Source: Octopus sinensis (lineage: Eukaryota). Taken from it: a DNA stretch of 64,000 bases. Under the pieces are notes generated by a model, which did not search any database, was not told the origin of the DNA, and saw only the letters and a list, made by a program, of their open reading frames with translations. The stretch is taken from contig NC_043001.1 of NCBI RefSeq assembly GCF_006345805.1, positions 108,686,001 through 108,750,000 of the forward strand, given 5' to 3'. Positions 14,101-25,991 of this stretch are shown here, one piece after another (position 1 is the first letter of the stretch; every line of letters starts with the position of its first letter). A program made the position numbers and the translations under genes.

Positions 14101-14727
14101 TGAGATACTGGGCAGTGCTTGAAATGTTGGAATCACACCTGGAAACAGTTGGCAGTAGTCGTTGACCATGGACTTGGCCATGCAGCACACTGGTTCACTG
14201 TCACAGCCTCGCTCCTGCATTTCAAATATACAAGTCATAACAAGTATTAATGTATTATATAAGTGTGCATGTGTGTGGATATATGGGTATATATGCTTAT
14301 ATGCATGTATGAATGTATATATCAGTGTGTTCATATATGTGTGAGTGTACGTATTTGCAATAAAATGTGGCAGTCCTACACAGGACTACTTTTTAGCCCC
14401 AGGAAAACGTCTTTTCCAGTTGTGTGTCCGTATACCATGAGCAAGGAAGTTTATAGCACGCTTTCTAGCCTTAGCGATACCTGTAGACCAATGGTTTCTG
14501 GGCTATTTCCCTTCCTCAGTACCAGACAATCGCCAGCTAGAGATGGCAGCTGCCCGACCTAGCTCACTATATACTTTTAAAGCAACACACAGTCACTTGT
14601 CTTGTAAAGTGTAAAAACAGACAGACAGACGTACAGACATACATACATACATATATGGGGCAAAAAGTAGTAACGTCACCCTGTGTAGGACTGCCACATT
14701 GTGTTGGCAAATAAACTTTACTATATG

Positions 14728-14759
<32 letters not shown>

Positions 14760-17700
14760 TATATAGACATTATATACATATATATATACATACATATATA
14801 TATATATATATACATACACACACATATATATAGTTACGAAGGCCGCAAGCTCTGTCCCACTCATCTTTCTTCATCAACATCAGTTAACCCTTTAACATTT
14901 AAACTGGCTAAATCGGGCCAAAATATCATATCTGCCTCATGTTCAAATCCTCCAAATATGGCCTTCTACACTTAATTTACAATGTCATTCTAGAAATAAA
15001 CTATTAAATCATTGAAATCTCGAAACTACAAGATAATGCCTGATTAATTCAAAACATACCAGTGCCATGTAAAAAGCACCCACTGCTCTCAGTAAAGTGG
15101 TTGGCATTAGGAAGGGCATCCTACCATAGTAACCATACTAACACAAGACAACTGGAGGCTGGTGCAGCTCTCCAGCTGGCCATGTCCTGTCAAACCATCT
15201 AACCTGTGTCATCATGAAAAGCAAACATTAAATGATGATAATGATGATACATTTGACAGAGTGATCATAATACTAAAGGGTTAAAGAGGGCCAGCCATTC
15301 CTTCATTAATTTTACCAATCTCAGAGAACCAGCAAAGGTCAGGAGTACTCTTTTACCCTTTTACTTGTTTCAGTCATTTGACTGTGGCCATGCTGGAGCA
15401 CCGCCTTCAGTCAAGCAAATCGACCCCAGGACTTATCCTCTGTAAGCCTAGTACTTATTCTATCAGTCTCTTTTGCCGAACCACTAAGTTACGGGGACGT
15501 AAACACACCAGCATCGGTTGTCAAGCAATGTTGGGGGGACAAGCACAGACACAAACATACACATATATACGACAGGCTTCTTTCAGTTTCCATCTACCAA
15601 ATCCAATCACAAGGCTTTGGTTGGCCTGAGGCTATAGTAGAAGACACTTGCCCAAGGTACCACACAGTGGGACTGAACCCGGAACCATGTGGTTCGTAAG
15701 CAAGCTACTTACAACACAGCCACTCCTATGCCTCTTGACTAAAACAACGGGGGTGGGAAAATAAAGGTAAAAAATTTAGAGAAGTGAGAAAACAAGGAGT
15801 ACGTTTAGTTACCTGCATCCATAGAGCAGTACAGTCGAGAACAGCCGTACACTTTATTGACATTGCCATGGAAACAAGCTTGGTCAGCAAGTTGACTTTC
15901 AACAAGGCCGCTTCCCCAGCAAACATGATGGCAAATATGCTGTTTCTTTCATTTTCCTTCTGGTCAGTGATGTACGAGCAGAGAATTTCGAGTAACTGCA
16001 GTTCTTGGATGGCAGTGAGTCGCTGAAAAAGTAATGAAGAACCAAACTGAGACAGACAGACAGATATGCAGACAGAGACAGAGACAGACAGATATGCAGA
16101 CAGAGACAGGGACAGACAGACATGCAGAGACAAACATACAGACAGAGACAGACATACACACAGAGATAGACAGACAGACAGACATGCAGATAGACAAACA
16201 GAGATCATCCAATGTCTTGGGTTTTTTCCCCGGGTGTGATACACCCAAAACTACATTGTCCAATATATTTTTCATTTAATTGGTGTTGTTTAATTCCAGG
16301 TCAGCCCTAACCAGACAGGCTAATGTATGCTTAAAAGGATTCCAGCTATGTCCACCATCATCATCATCATCATTTTTATGTCCAACATGAGAAGAAACAA
16401 AATGAGATAATGAGTGAAACTTTTACATTAATGATTCTCACCCAGGGCCCATATAAAATTGTTATTAAAATTTTATGGGCATGGCTGTGTGGTTAGGGAG
16501 CTTGCTTCCTAGCTACATGGTTTCGGGTTCAGTCCCACTGCGTGGCACTTTGGGTAGGTGTCTTCTGCTATAGCCCCGAGCCGACCGAAGCTTTGTGATT
16601 GAATTCGGCAGGCGGAAGTTACTGCCGTGTGTGTACATGTACGTGTAAGTGCTTGTGCCTCTCCCAAAGAGAGAGAGAGGGATATAACAAAAAGCTTCCA
16701 CTACACTCTCGGAGTGGTTGGCGTTAGAAGGGCATCCAGCTGTAGAAACAATGCCAGAATAGCCCAGAGTCTGGTGCAGCCTCCTGGCTTCCCAGACTCC
16801 AGTCAAACCGTCCAACCCATGCCAGCATGGAAAACGGATGTTAAACGATGATGAGAAGACCCGGAAACTAAAGTGGCATCACAGTCACGCATGTCCGGCC
16901 CTGTTAAGAATAGATCTGATGCGTCGGTTGATATGATATGCTTGAGAAGACCTGTTGAGTCAAGTAAAAGCAATATCATAGCTGGGGCTAGTGCCCCCTG
17001 ACTGGCTCCTATGCCGGTGGCACGTAAAAAGCACCATCCGAATGTAGTCGATGCCAGGTCCACCTGACTGGCTCCAGTGCTGGTGGCACATAAAAACCAC
17101 CAACCAAACATGGCCAATGCCAGTTCCCCCAGACTGGCTCCCATGCCAGTGGAATGTAAAATGCACCATCTGAACATGGTCAATGTCAGGTCTGCCTGGA
17201 GGCCGCACCAGGCTCCAATCTGATCTGGCAGTGTTTCTACAGCTGGATGCCCTTCCTAACACCAGCCGCTCCGAGAATGTAGTGGGTGTTTTTTACGTGC
17301 CACCGGCATGGGAGCCCATCAGGCAGCACTGGCATTGGCCACATTCAGATGGTGCTTTTTACGTGCTACCCGCACAGGAACCAGTCAGGGTGGGGGACTG
17401 ACATTGACCACATTTGGATGGTGCTCTTTACGTGCCACCAGCACAGAGAGCCAGTCAGGCAGCACCTCCCCCACAAATCACTCTTATCTTCTAAAAAAAA
17501 AAATGAGCAAAATGAGATGGTCACAGCTCATAAGTCTGCTCAACAAGGTTAGACCTGTGGTTAAAAAAATAAAAAAACAATAACAAAACAAGTAATGAAA
17601 ATATGATGATGATGATGATGATGATGATGGTGATGAAAATGATGGAGCAAACTGAAAGACAGACATACCTTTGGATTGCAGGCAAAATGAATGAAATCTC

Positions 17701-17851
17701 TAGAAACTTCCACAGTATAGTCTTCTCCACCTCCTCCTAGTCCTGGAATTCCACCAGTTTCTTTCCTCAGACAGCGGCTCAGGTAGTGAAGGGCCTCCCT
17801 TGTACACTCAGGGAAGTCGAGGTAGCTGAGTCGCTTGAGAATGTTGGACAT
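8049..17851 (-). CDS. INTS15: Integrator complex subunit 15 (C7orf26 homolog), 6 coding exons, 406 aa: join(17851-17669,16022-15813,14214-14046,11941-11375,9817-9778,8100-8049)
   Basis: Spliced translation matches remembered C7orf26/INTS15 motifs: RLTAIQELQLLEILCSY (human RLNSLQELQLLEIMCNY), LLTKLVSMAM, MVNDYCQLFPG, PLFACNFIAAVTALF, GLTNWCVKGP, LFSRLHLGVLQSL, SIERLGQIIQVALAS, LLPANRLLRLI. All introns are GT-AG, phases are compatible, and the exons total 1221 nt including the stop. Confidence 0.93.
9778..9817 (-). CDS. INTS15: INTS15 coding exon 5 (40-nt micro-exon, AQLCEILQLLPANR)
   Basis: Acceptor TTATTTTTCAG, donor CAG|GTAAGA. Phase 1 in and phase 2 out joins exon 4 to exon 6 in frame; LP-N motif is like human LPHN. 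Confidence 0.85.
9960..10210 (+). mobile_element. Mariner transposase C-terminal remnant
   Basis: DITPSDYHLCHSLQNH...EFWKRGFASLPDRWKSIVDNEGEYILD*, a YSPDLAPSDYHLF-type motif. Confidence 0.8.
11375..11941 (-). CDS. INTS15: INTS15 coding exon 4 (567 nt)
   Basis: Acceptor TTTGTTCCAG|CT, donor CCAG|GTATGT; lies in ORF 11343-12068 with the WCVKGP, LFSRLHL and LGQIIQVALAS motifs. Confidence 0.92.
14046..14214 (-). CDS. INTS15: INTS15 coding exon 3 (ERGCDSEPV...ALFPCN)
   Basis: Acceptor ATGCAG|GAG, donor AACA|GTAAGT (phase 1); VNDYCQLFPG and SPLFACNFIAAVTAL motifs. Confidence 0.92.
15813..16022 (-). CDS. INTS15: INTS15 coding exon 2 (RLTAIQELQ...ALWMQ, 70 codons)
   Basis: Acceptor TTTTTCAG|CGA, donor CAG|GTAACT; strong similarity to C7orf26. 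Confidence 0.93.
17669..17851 (-). CDS. INTS15: INTS15 coding exon 1 (MSNILKRL...FACNPK, 61 codons)
   Basis: ATG at 17851-17849, donor AAG|GTATGT at 17669/17668. An acceptor TTCTTTCAG lies 8 nt upstream of the ATG (exon starts 17859), which implies an upstream non-coding exon. Confidence 0.88.
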
Positions 17852-18053
17852 TTTAACTCCTGAAAGAAACGAGAAGAATATTATTATTTTTCTTTTCTCT
17901 TTACAGATTCCAACACCGATTTCTTCATCTAAAAATATCTGAGATGGAATAGTTAAGAGTAATATTTTAAAACTAATTATTCACCTCATTTTTAAAGATG
18001 TAAACAATTTTAATTAGCACAAGAGCACTACATTAGTATTCGTGTAAGTTGAC

Positions 18054-18345
18054 AAGCTGGCAGAATCGTTAGCACGCCGGGCGAAATGCTTAGCGGTATT
18101 TCGTCTGCGTTACGTTGTGAGTTCAAATTCCGCCGAGGTCGACTTTGCCTTTCATCCTTTCGGGGTCGATAAATTAAGTACCAGTTACGCACTGGGGTCG
18201 ATGTAATCGACTTAATACCTATGTCTGTCCTTGTTTGTCCCCTCTGTGTTTAGCTTAGCCTCTTGTGGGTAATAAAGAAATAGGTATTTTGTCTGCTGCT
18301 ACATTCTGAGTTCAAATTTCGACATGGTCAACTTTGCCTTTCATT
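18054..18345 (+). mobile_element. tRNA-derived SINE family B (other copies ~1785-2160, 4125-4290, 9422-9655, 44205-44425, 47455-48060, 49190-49350, 50960-51165, 59680-60330)
   Basis: Recurrent GAGTTCAAATTCC B box, core GACTTTGCCTTTCATCCTTTCGGGGTCGATAAA, tail GCCCCTTGTGGG..TAAAGAAAT. Confidence 0.85.
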
Positions 18346-18901
18346 CTTTCCATCTAACCCATGCTAGCATGGAAAACGGACATTAAATGATGATAGTGAT
18401 GATGATGATAAATGGAGATGTAAGGTATTAATAAATGCACATTATTAACCTTGCTGTGAAAACGTGGATAAATACTTTTGGTGGCACGTAAAAAGCACCC
18501 ACTACACTTGCGGAGTGGTTGGCGTTAGGAAGGGCATCCAGCCGTAGAAACACTGCCAGATCAGACTGGGCCTGATGCAGCCTTCTGGCTTCACAGACTC
18601 CAGTTGAACCGTCCAACCCATGCTAGCATGGAAAACGGACACTAAATGATGATGATGATGATGATGATGATCAAGGCAGTGAGCCAGCAGAATCGTTAAC
18701 AAACCCTGCCAGTGTTGGGGGCCATGTAAAAAGCATCCAGTCCACACTATGAAGTGGTTGGCATTTGGAACGGCATCCAGCTGTAAAACCATGCCAAAAC
18801 AGACACAGAACAATTAAGTTACAGGAACAAAAACACCAGCATCAGTTGTGAAGTGATGGTGGAGGGACAAACACAGACACACACAAATATATATATATAT
18901 A

Positions 18902-19740
18902 TCTTTATATATATATAAAACTGAGAATGTGTGTCTGTCTGTCTGCCTGTGTTTCCCTAAAACTTGAGAACTACACAACCAATTTCATTCAAATTTTACA
19001 CATGCCTTACTTAGGGTCCGGGGAGTGTCATCGGCAAAAAAAATGTTCAACTTCTTGCCTAGAGCGAGCCCATAGCAATATCATATCTCCTCCACTATTT
19101 CAGTATTACGTGTCAAAAGTGAAACAAAAACGTTTCTGTATTTTATGTCAGATACTTTCACTTTAACAATAAAAATAATAATAACAATTGAATTATATGT
19201 AGTAAGTAATAATTAAAATCAAACTAAAGTATAATATAATCGTAACATAACAAAAGTAAAAATAGCAATTGGTATAAAATTGCATCAATGATTTGAACTT
19301 GAATAAGTGGTTTCACATGAATGGGAATAAATTAAAAATAAAATTAGCATGCAGAAATGGAATAGTCCAGATGGATAATAGAAAATTAAATTAAAGAAAA
19401 TGTAGAGCAAAAAGATTTGAACACATGGAGGAAAGCACCTTCGAAAAGTGTCTTGGTGCGACTATGAAAGGTATCTAATCAGAGGCGGTAAATTCGCCAC
19501 AATAGAAGCAAGGTTCGAGTCAATGGAGTGTGCAAGGGAGTACTCAACTCGAACTTGCAAAGTGGAAATATTTTATTTTTACCTTTATATCTGGGACGTA
19601 GGACGTCTCGGATAAAAATTTAAAATGCCCCCCCCCCCCCAGAAGTAGAGGTAGGCTGGATTGTAGCCACACTTCTATACAAGAGGGAGGACAAGATACA
19701 ATTGATCGAAATTACAAGAGACGGGCTAACAATTCCAGTC
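18902..19740 (+). mobile_element. Helitron-like non-autonomous element (degenerate 3' end)
   Basis: 5' TCTTTATATATATATAAAACTGAGAATGTGTGTCTGTC start typical of Helitron-derived repeats. Confidence 0.5.
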
Positions 19741-20621
19741 TGTTATATATTTTGAGTATTGTTATCGCTAGCGATATCAAGATATAACCTTGTATTTTGT
19801 ATTTTATGTGTAGATGTATATATATAGATGTACAAGTAATATGTACACATATATATACATATATATGGCACGTAAAAAGCACCATCCAAACGTGGCTGAT
19901 GCCAGCGTCGCCTTGACTGGCTTCCGTGCTGGTGGCACGTACAAAGCACCAATCCGATCGTGGCCGCTGCCAGCCTCGCCTGGCACCTGTGCTGGTGGCA
20001 CGTAAAAAGCACCCACTACACTCACGGAGTGGTTGGCGTTAGGAAGGGCATCCAGCTGTAGAAACACTGCCAGATCAAGATTGGAGCCTGGTGCAGCCTT
20101 CTGGCTTCCCAGATCCCCGGTCGAACCGTTCAACCCATGCTAGCATGGAGAACGGACGGTAAATGATGATGATGATGATGATGTGTGCATGTTTGTGCCC
20201 CCAACATCGCTTGACAGTCAATGCTGGTGTGTTTACATCCCCATAACTTAGTAGTTCAGCAAAAGAGACTGATAGAATAAGTACTAAGCTGACAAAGAAT
20301 AAGTCCTGAGGTCGATTTGCTTGACTAAAGGCAGCGATCCAGCATGGCCACAGTCAAATGACTGAAACAAGTAAAAGAGTAAAGTTAACCAATACATTCT
20401 TCACCTTCACTAAGTCACCTTTCTGGGTCAGTTTCATCATTGATGACATGATGTCCCTGTCAACCCTCTTGTACTGTTGCAACTACAGTACTTGTACTAT
20501 TTGTACTGTTTGCCTATTCTGGAGAATCTTCCAGCATTTTCTGTTCCTGAGACTGCTTGCAATACAGATAACACAGATATTTTGACTCATCGAATTAATC
20601 TCCAAAGTACCTGACACTATA

Positions 20622-21290
20622 CATACAAGGTGAGTTCAAAAAGTAGTTAACTTTATTATTTCCCATTAAAACTAATGTCGCATGGGCAAAATCCTTTGGG
20701 TGGAAGGTGATGCCACCCTTCCTATGCAGTGTAAAATATTTTTGCACTGGTAGGCCACTTCAGTTCCTAGCTATTATGCCTACAATACTGACATGTAGTG
20801 CATGCTTGTTGGATTTTCCTTTTTCACCAAACGCAGCATCCAGTGATATTGCATCAAGTTTTACCAAAATCTTGGTGATACTCAAGTTGAAAGCATCCAA
20901 AAGATTCAGCAGGCCTTTGGCAATGATGCCATGGGCAAAACTCAGATCAAGGAGTGGTACAATGACTTCAAGCACAGCTGCCCCTCAGTGGAGAATGAGG
21001 CATGCTCAGGCAGGCCATTCTCATGCCAAAACAAGGAGCCAATTGAGGTTTGAAAAATTGTCGTAGAAGACCATCTTGTAACAATCCAAGACATTGCTCA
21101 TGAAGTAGGAACAAGTACAGGATCAATGCATTCCATTCCAAAGGAGGATTTGTGCATACAGAGAGTGTCGGCAAAATTTCTCCCCAAGGTGGTGGTGGGG
21201 AAGCAGAAGCAACTTTGCAAGGAAGTCGATCAGGACATGCTGGACTCTGCCATCCACGACAATAACATCTGATGACCTGGTTGACTTACT
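20622..21290 (+). mobile_element. Degraded mariner element, 5' half
   Basis: TIR-like TACAAGGTGAGTTCAAAAAGT. The interrupted frame reads YCIKFYQNLGDTQVESIQKIQQAFGNDAMGKTQIKEWYNDFK...SGRP...IAHEVG...RVSAKFLPK (mariner HTH region and WVPR-like motif). Confidence 0.85.
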
Positions 21291-21292
21291 GC

Positions 21293-21368
21293 TATATATA
21301 ATATATATATATATATATATATTATATAATATTATATATATATATATATATATATAGTAATATATAAT

Positions 21369-21400
<32 letters not shown>

Positions 21401-21720
21401 ATATATATATAATATATAATATATATATATATATATATATGATATCTATAATATAATATATATATATATATATAAATTATATATATATTATATATATAAA
21501 TATATAATATATATAATAAATATATAATATATATATATAATATAATATATATATATATATATATATATTAATATATATTATACTAGTATATATATATATA
21601 TAAATATATATATATATAATATAATATAATATATATATAATATATATATAATATATATATATATATATGTAATATAATATATATATATGTAATATATATA
21701 TATATATATATATAATATAT

Positions 21721-21763
<43 letters not shown>

Positions 21764-21851
21764 TATTAATTATATATAATATATATATATTATATATATA
21801 ATATATATCTATATATTTATATATATAATATATATATATATATATAATATA

Positions 21852-21896
<45 letters not shown>

Positions 21897-22273
21897 ATAT
21901 TATATGTAATATATATATAATATATATATAATATATATTATATATTATAATATAATATATATATTATATATATATATTATATATATATATTAATATATAT
22001 ATATATATATTATATATATATATATATAATATATATATATATACTAATATATATATATAATATATATATAGATATATATATATATATTAATATATATATA
22101 TATAATATATATATATATATAATATATAATATATATATATAATATATATATATATATAATAATATATAATATATATATATAATATATATTATATTATAAT
22201 ATATATTATATATATATATAATAATATATATAATATATATATAATATATATTATATATATATATATATAATAT

Positions 22274-22309
<36 letters not shown>

Positions 22310-22662
22310 AATATATATATATAATATATATAATATATATATAATAATATATATATATATATAATATATATTATATATATATATATATATCTAAATATAT
22401 ATATATAATATAGTATATAATATATATAATATATATATTATATATATAACTATATATATATATATATATATATAATAATCTATATTAAATATATATATAA
22501 TATCTATATATATAATATATATTAATATATATTATAATATATATATATAGATAATATATATATATAATATATATAATATATATATATATAATACTATATA
22601 TAGTATATAAATATATATATATATATATATATCAATATATATAATATATATAATATATATAG

Positions 22663-22697
<35 letters not shown>

Positions 22698-22699
22698 TA

Positions 22700-22737
<38 letters not shown>

Positions 22738-23153
22738 TATATATATATATAATATATATATATTATATATTAATAATATATAATAATATATATAATATAT
22801 ATATAATATAATATATATATATATATATATAATATTATATATATAAATATATATAATAATATATATATATTATATATATAATATATATATATTATATATA
22901 TCTTATATATATATATATCTTAATATAATATATATATATATATATATAATATATATATTATATTATAATATAATATATAATATATATATATATATATATA
23001 TAATATATATAAATTATATAATATATATATAGAATATATATATAATATATATATAATATATATATAATATATAATAATATATATATATATATAATAATAT
23101 ATAATATAATATATATATATATATTATATATATATATATATATATTATATATA
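21293..23153. repeat. ~1.86-kb interrupted (TA)n tract
   Basis: Almost pure A/T with TAA/ATT phase shifts. Confidence 0.98.
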
Positions 23154-23975
23154 CGTGAAGGTGCATGGCTTAGTGGTTAGGGCATTCAGCTCACAAACAT
23201 AAGGACGTGAGTTCAATTCCTGGCGATGCATTGTGTCCTTGAGCAAGACAATTTATTTCACGTTGCTCCAGTCCACTCAGCTGACAAAAATTAGTTGTAC
23301 CTGTATTTCAAAGGGGCCAGCCTTGTTACGCTGAATCGCCGTGAGAATTATGTTAAGGGCACACGTGTCTGTGGATTGCTCAGCCACTTGCATGTTAATT
23401 TCACGAGCAAGCTGTTCCGTTGATCATATCAGCTGGGACCCTCGTCGTCGTAACCGACGGAGTGCTCCTTTTTTTTTTAATATATATCATCATCATCATC
23501 ATCATCATTTAGCGTCCGCTTTCCATGCCAGCATGGGTTGGACGGTTCAACTGGGGTCTGTGAAGCCAGAAGGCTGCATCAGGCCCAGTCTGATCTGGCA
23601 GTGTTTCTACGGCTGGATGCCCTTCCTAACGCCATATATATATATATATGGGGAAGGGGAGGAGAGAGACAGAGAGAGGATACACACATGGAAATAGTTT
23701 CCATCAACCAATATTACTCACAAGATGTTGGTCAGTGAAGGCTATGGCAGAAGACACATGACTAAGATGCCACTCACAATAGAACTAAACCCAACACTGT
23801 AGTTGCAAAGCAGACTTCTTAACCCCACAGCCATGCTTAAGCCTACATAATATTGAATAATAATGCTTTTTTAAATTTATTTATTTTACAAATATTAATC
23901 AAGAGAGAGGTACTCTGCTCATGATCTTCACTGTTCCTCTGAAACTGATCAGATATACTGAGGTTGAAATTCAAT

Positions 23976-24445
23976 TTAACCCATTTGTGACCATATTCCT
24001 GTTGAGAAGCTCTCTGTTTCTTTCAATTACTTTAAATATAACAAAGAATTTAATAAAATAACTTAGTTACCATTAAGCTAGTGTTAGGAACATAAATTGT
24101 GACTAAGGTTTGGTGGAAGATTTTAATTCAAAACTTACGGAAACAAGACATTTGTACTCAGAGCCAGAGGCAGTTTTGGTCAGGTTGGTATAGAAAGGGT
24201 TAAGAATTGTTTCTCTATCATATATTTTAACCCTTTTGTGACCATATTTCTGTTAAGATGCTCTGTGTTTCTTTCAATTAATTTTAAATATAACAAAGAA
24301 TTTAGCAAAATAACTTAGTTATCATTAAGCTAGTGTTAGGAGCATTAATTATGACTAAGGTTTGGTGGAAGATTTTAATTCAAAACTTATGAAAACAAGA
24401 CATTAGTACAAGGGAGCTAGAGGTAGTTTCAGCCGGGTTGATATC
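23976..24445. mobile_element. Two tandem piggyBac-like MITEs (23976-24203 complete; 24227-24445 truncated); third copy at 36359-36585
   Basis: TTAA-CCC...GGG-TTAA ends and a shared ~220-bp interior. Confidence 0.75.
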
Positions 24446-25609
24446 AACTGCAAATTGACAACTGTAGGCAAGACATTAGCGGCAAGATAATTCCACTTTC
24501 ATTTCTGATCTCATTACTTGTTTACATCTGATGTCTCAATACGAAACGTTGTAGCCAAAATCAGTGCTGGCTCAGTGTCTATAGAATATCTGTAGAATCA
24601 TCCTCATCATCATCGTTTAACATCTGTTTTCCATGCTAGCATGGGTTGGATGATTTGACTGAGGACCGGCAAACCAGATGTCTGCACGAGGCTCCAATCT
24701 GATCTGGCAGAGTTTCTACAGCTGGATGCCCTTCCTAACGCCAACCACTCCGAAAGTGTAGTGGGTGCTTTTACGTGCCACCGGCATGAGGGCCTGTCAG
24801 GCGGTACTGGCAATGGCCATGCTCGAATGGTGTTTTTTACGTGCCACCTCCACAGGAGCCAGTCCAGTGGCACTGGCAACGACCTTGCTCGAATGTTTTT
24901 TCACATGCCACTGGCACAAACAACCTTAAATATAATGTAACAAGCACTGCTGACGCAGTAGAACATTATAATAACTTATAAAAAGATTTAGTATACTTCA
25001 TAATATATTGTGTTTACATACAGAAGTGCCATGTACCTACAAACCTTTAATTCCAGAGGGTCAATGTTCTGGAAAAGGGTTAAATGTGAATGATGAAAAA
25101 AGAAGACAAGTAGGTCTAGGGTGCCTGAACAGAGGGAATATGAAAAGGGCTAGATTGAAAGTGTACAGGCCACCATAGTGGTGATAATAATAACAAAACA
25201 AAAAAAAGAAGGGAGACAGCACAGTCTTCATGAGTAACCTCATGCTAATCAGCAAGTTTTTTTTTTCTTTCCTTTTGATCACAATGTTTGGATGAGTAGA
25301 AATATTAGTGACACCATTGTGGTTCTCATATGAACTTTCCAGAGAGACAGCAGGTGTCCAGGACCTGAAGGATTTATAGGCTTTGAAAGTAAAAGCTAGT
25401 CTTTGGGGTACAGTTTTCTTCTATGTTATCAATGTGAAATTGCCAAGACAGAAAGGAAAAATTGGAATTTATTATAGCTATGCATGCAATATATATATAT
25501 ATATATATATAGTTAATCCGAACATGAACAAAGAGAAAACACAACAACGTGAGGACGTGGAACAAGTCTAGTGTCATTGGACGCTCAGGAAAGGAAAGAA
25601 AGAAGGAGG

Positions 25610-25644
25610 ATTTAACGTTTTGAGCGGAGCTCTTCGTCAGAAAC
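25610..25644 (-). ncRNA. Hammerhead-like motif (GAAA mutated to AAAA) in a PLE-related repeat 25520-25680
   Basis: UUU-CUGACGA-A-GAGC-UCC-GCUC-AAAAC-GUU-AAA. Confidence 0.5.
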
Positions 25645-25911
25645 ATAGAAAAAGGAAAGGTCCAAGGAAGGGAAGACAGAGAAAGTGTAGTGGGTGCTTT
25701 TACGTGCCACCGGCATGAGGGCCTGTCAGGCGGTACTGGCAATGGCCATGCTCGTGGTCACATATAGATATAATCATTGTTTTCCATGATGGCATATGGG
25801 TTGGATGATTTGACAGGATCCAACAAGCTGCAGGACTGTGCCAAACTCCAGTGTCAGCTTTGGTATGGTTTCCACAGCTGGATACCCTCCCTGATGCTCT
25901 ATGCATGTGTG

Positions 25912-25913
<2 letters not shown>

Positions 25914-25989
<76 letters not shown>
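25914..25989. repeat. (GA)n microsatellite
   Basis: Pure GA run of ~76 nt. Confidence 0.98.

Positions 25990-25991
<2 letters not shown>

Noticed and set aside
15726-16244. 172-aa ORF as a whole coding unit
   Set aside because: Only 16022-15813 is exonic; the N-terminal part is translated (CTGT)n/(CT)n microsatellite.
16990-17465. CRISPR array (repeat/spacer-like 66-nt units; also at 13660-13930, 37840-38120, 38760-38950)
   Set aside because: Eukaryotic context and no cas genes. The spacer-like parts are homologous to each other, and the units are the internal tandem part of an RTE-type 3' tail.
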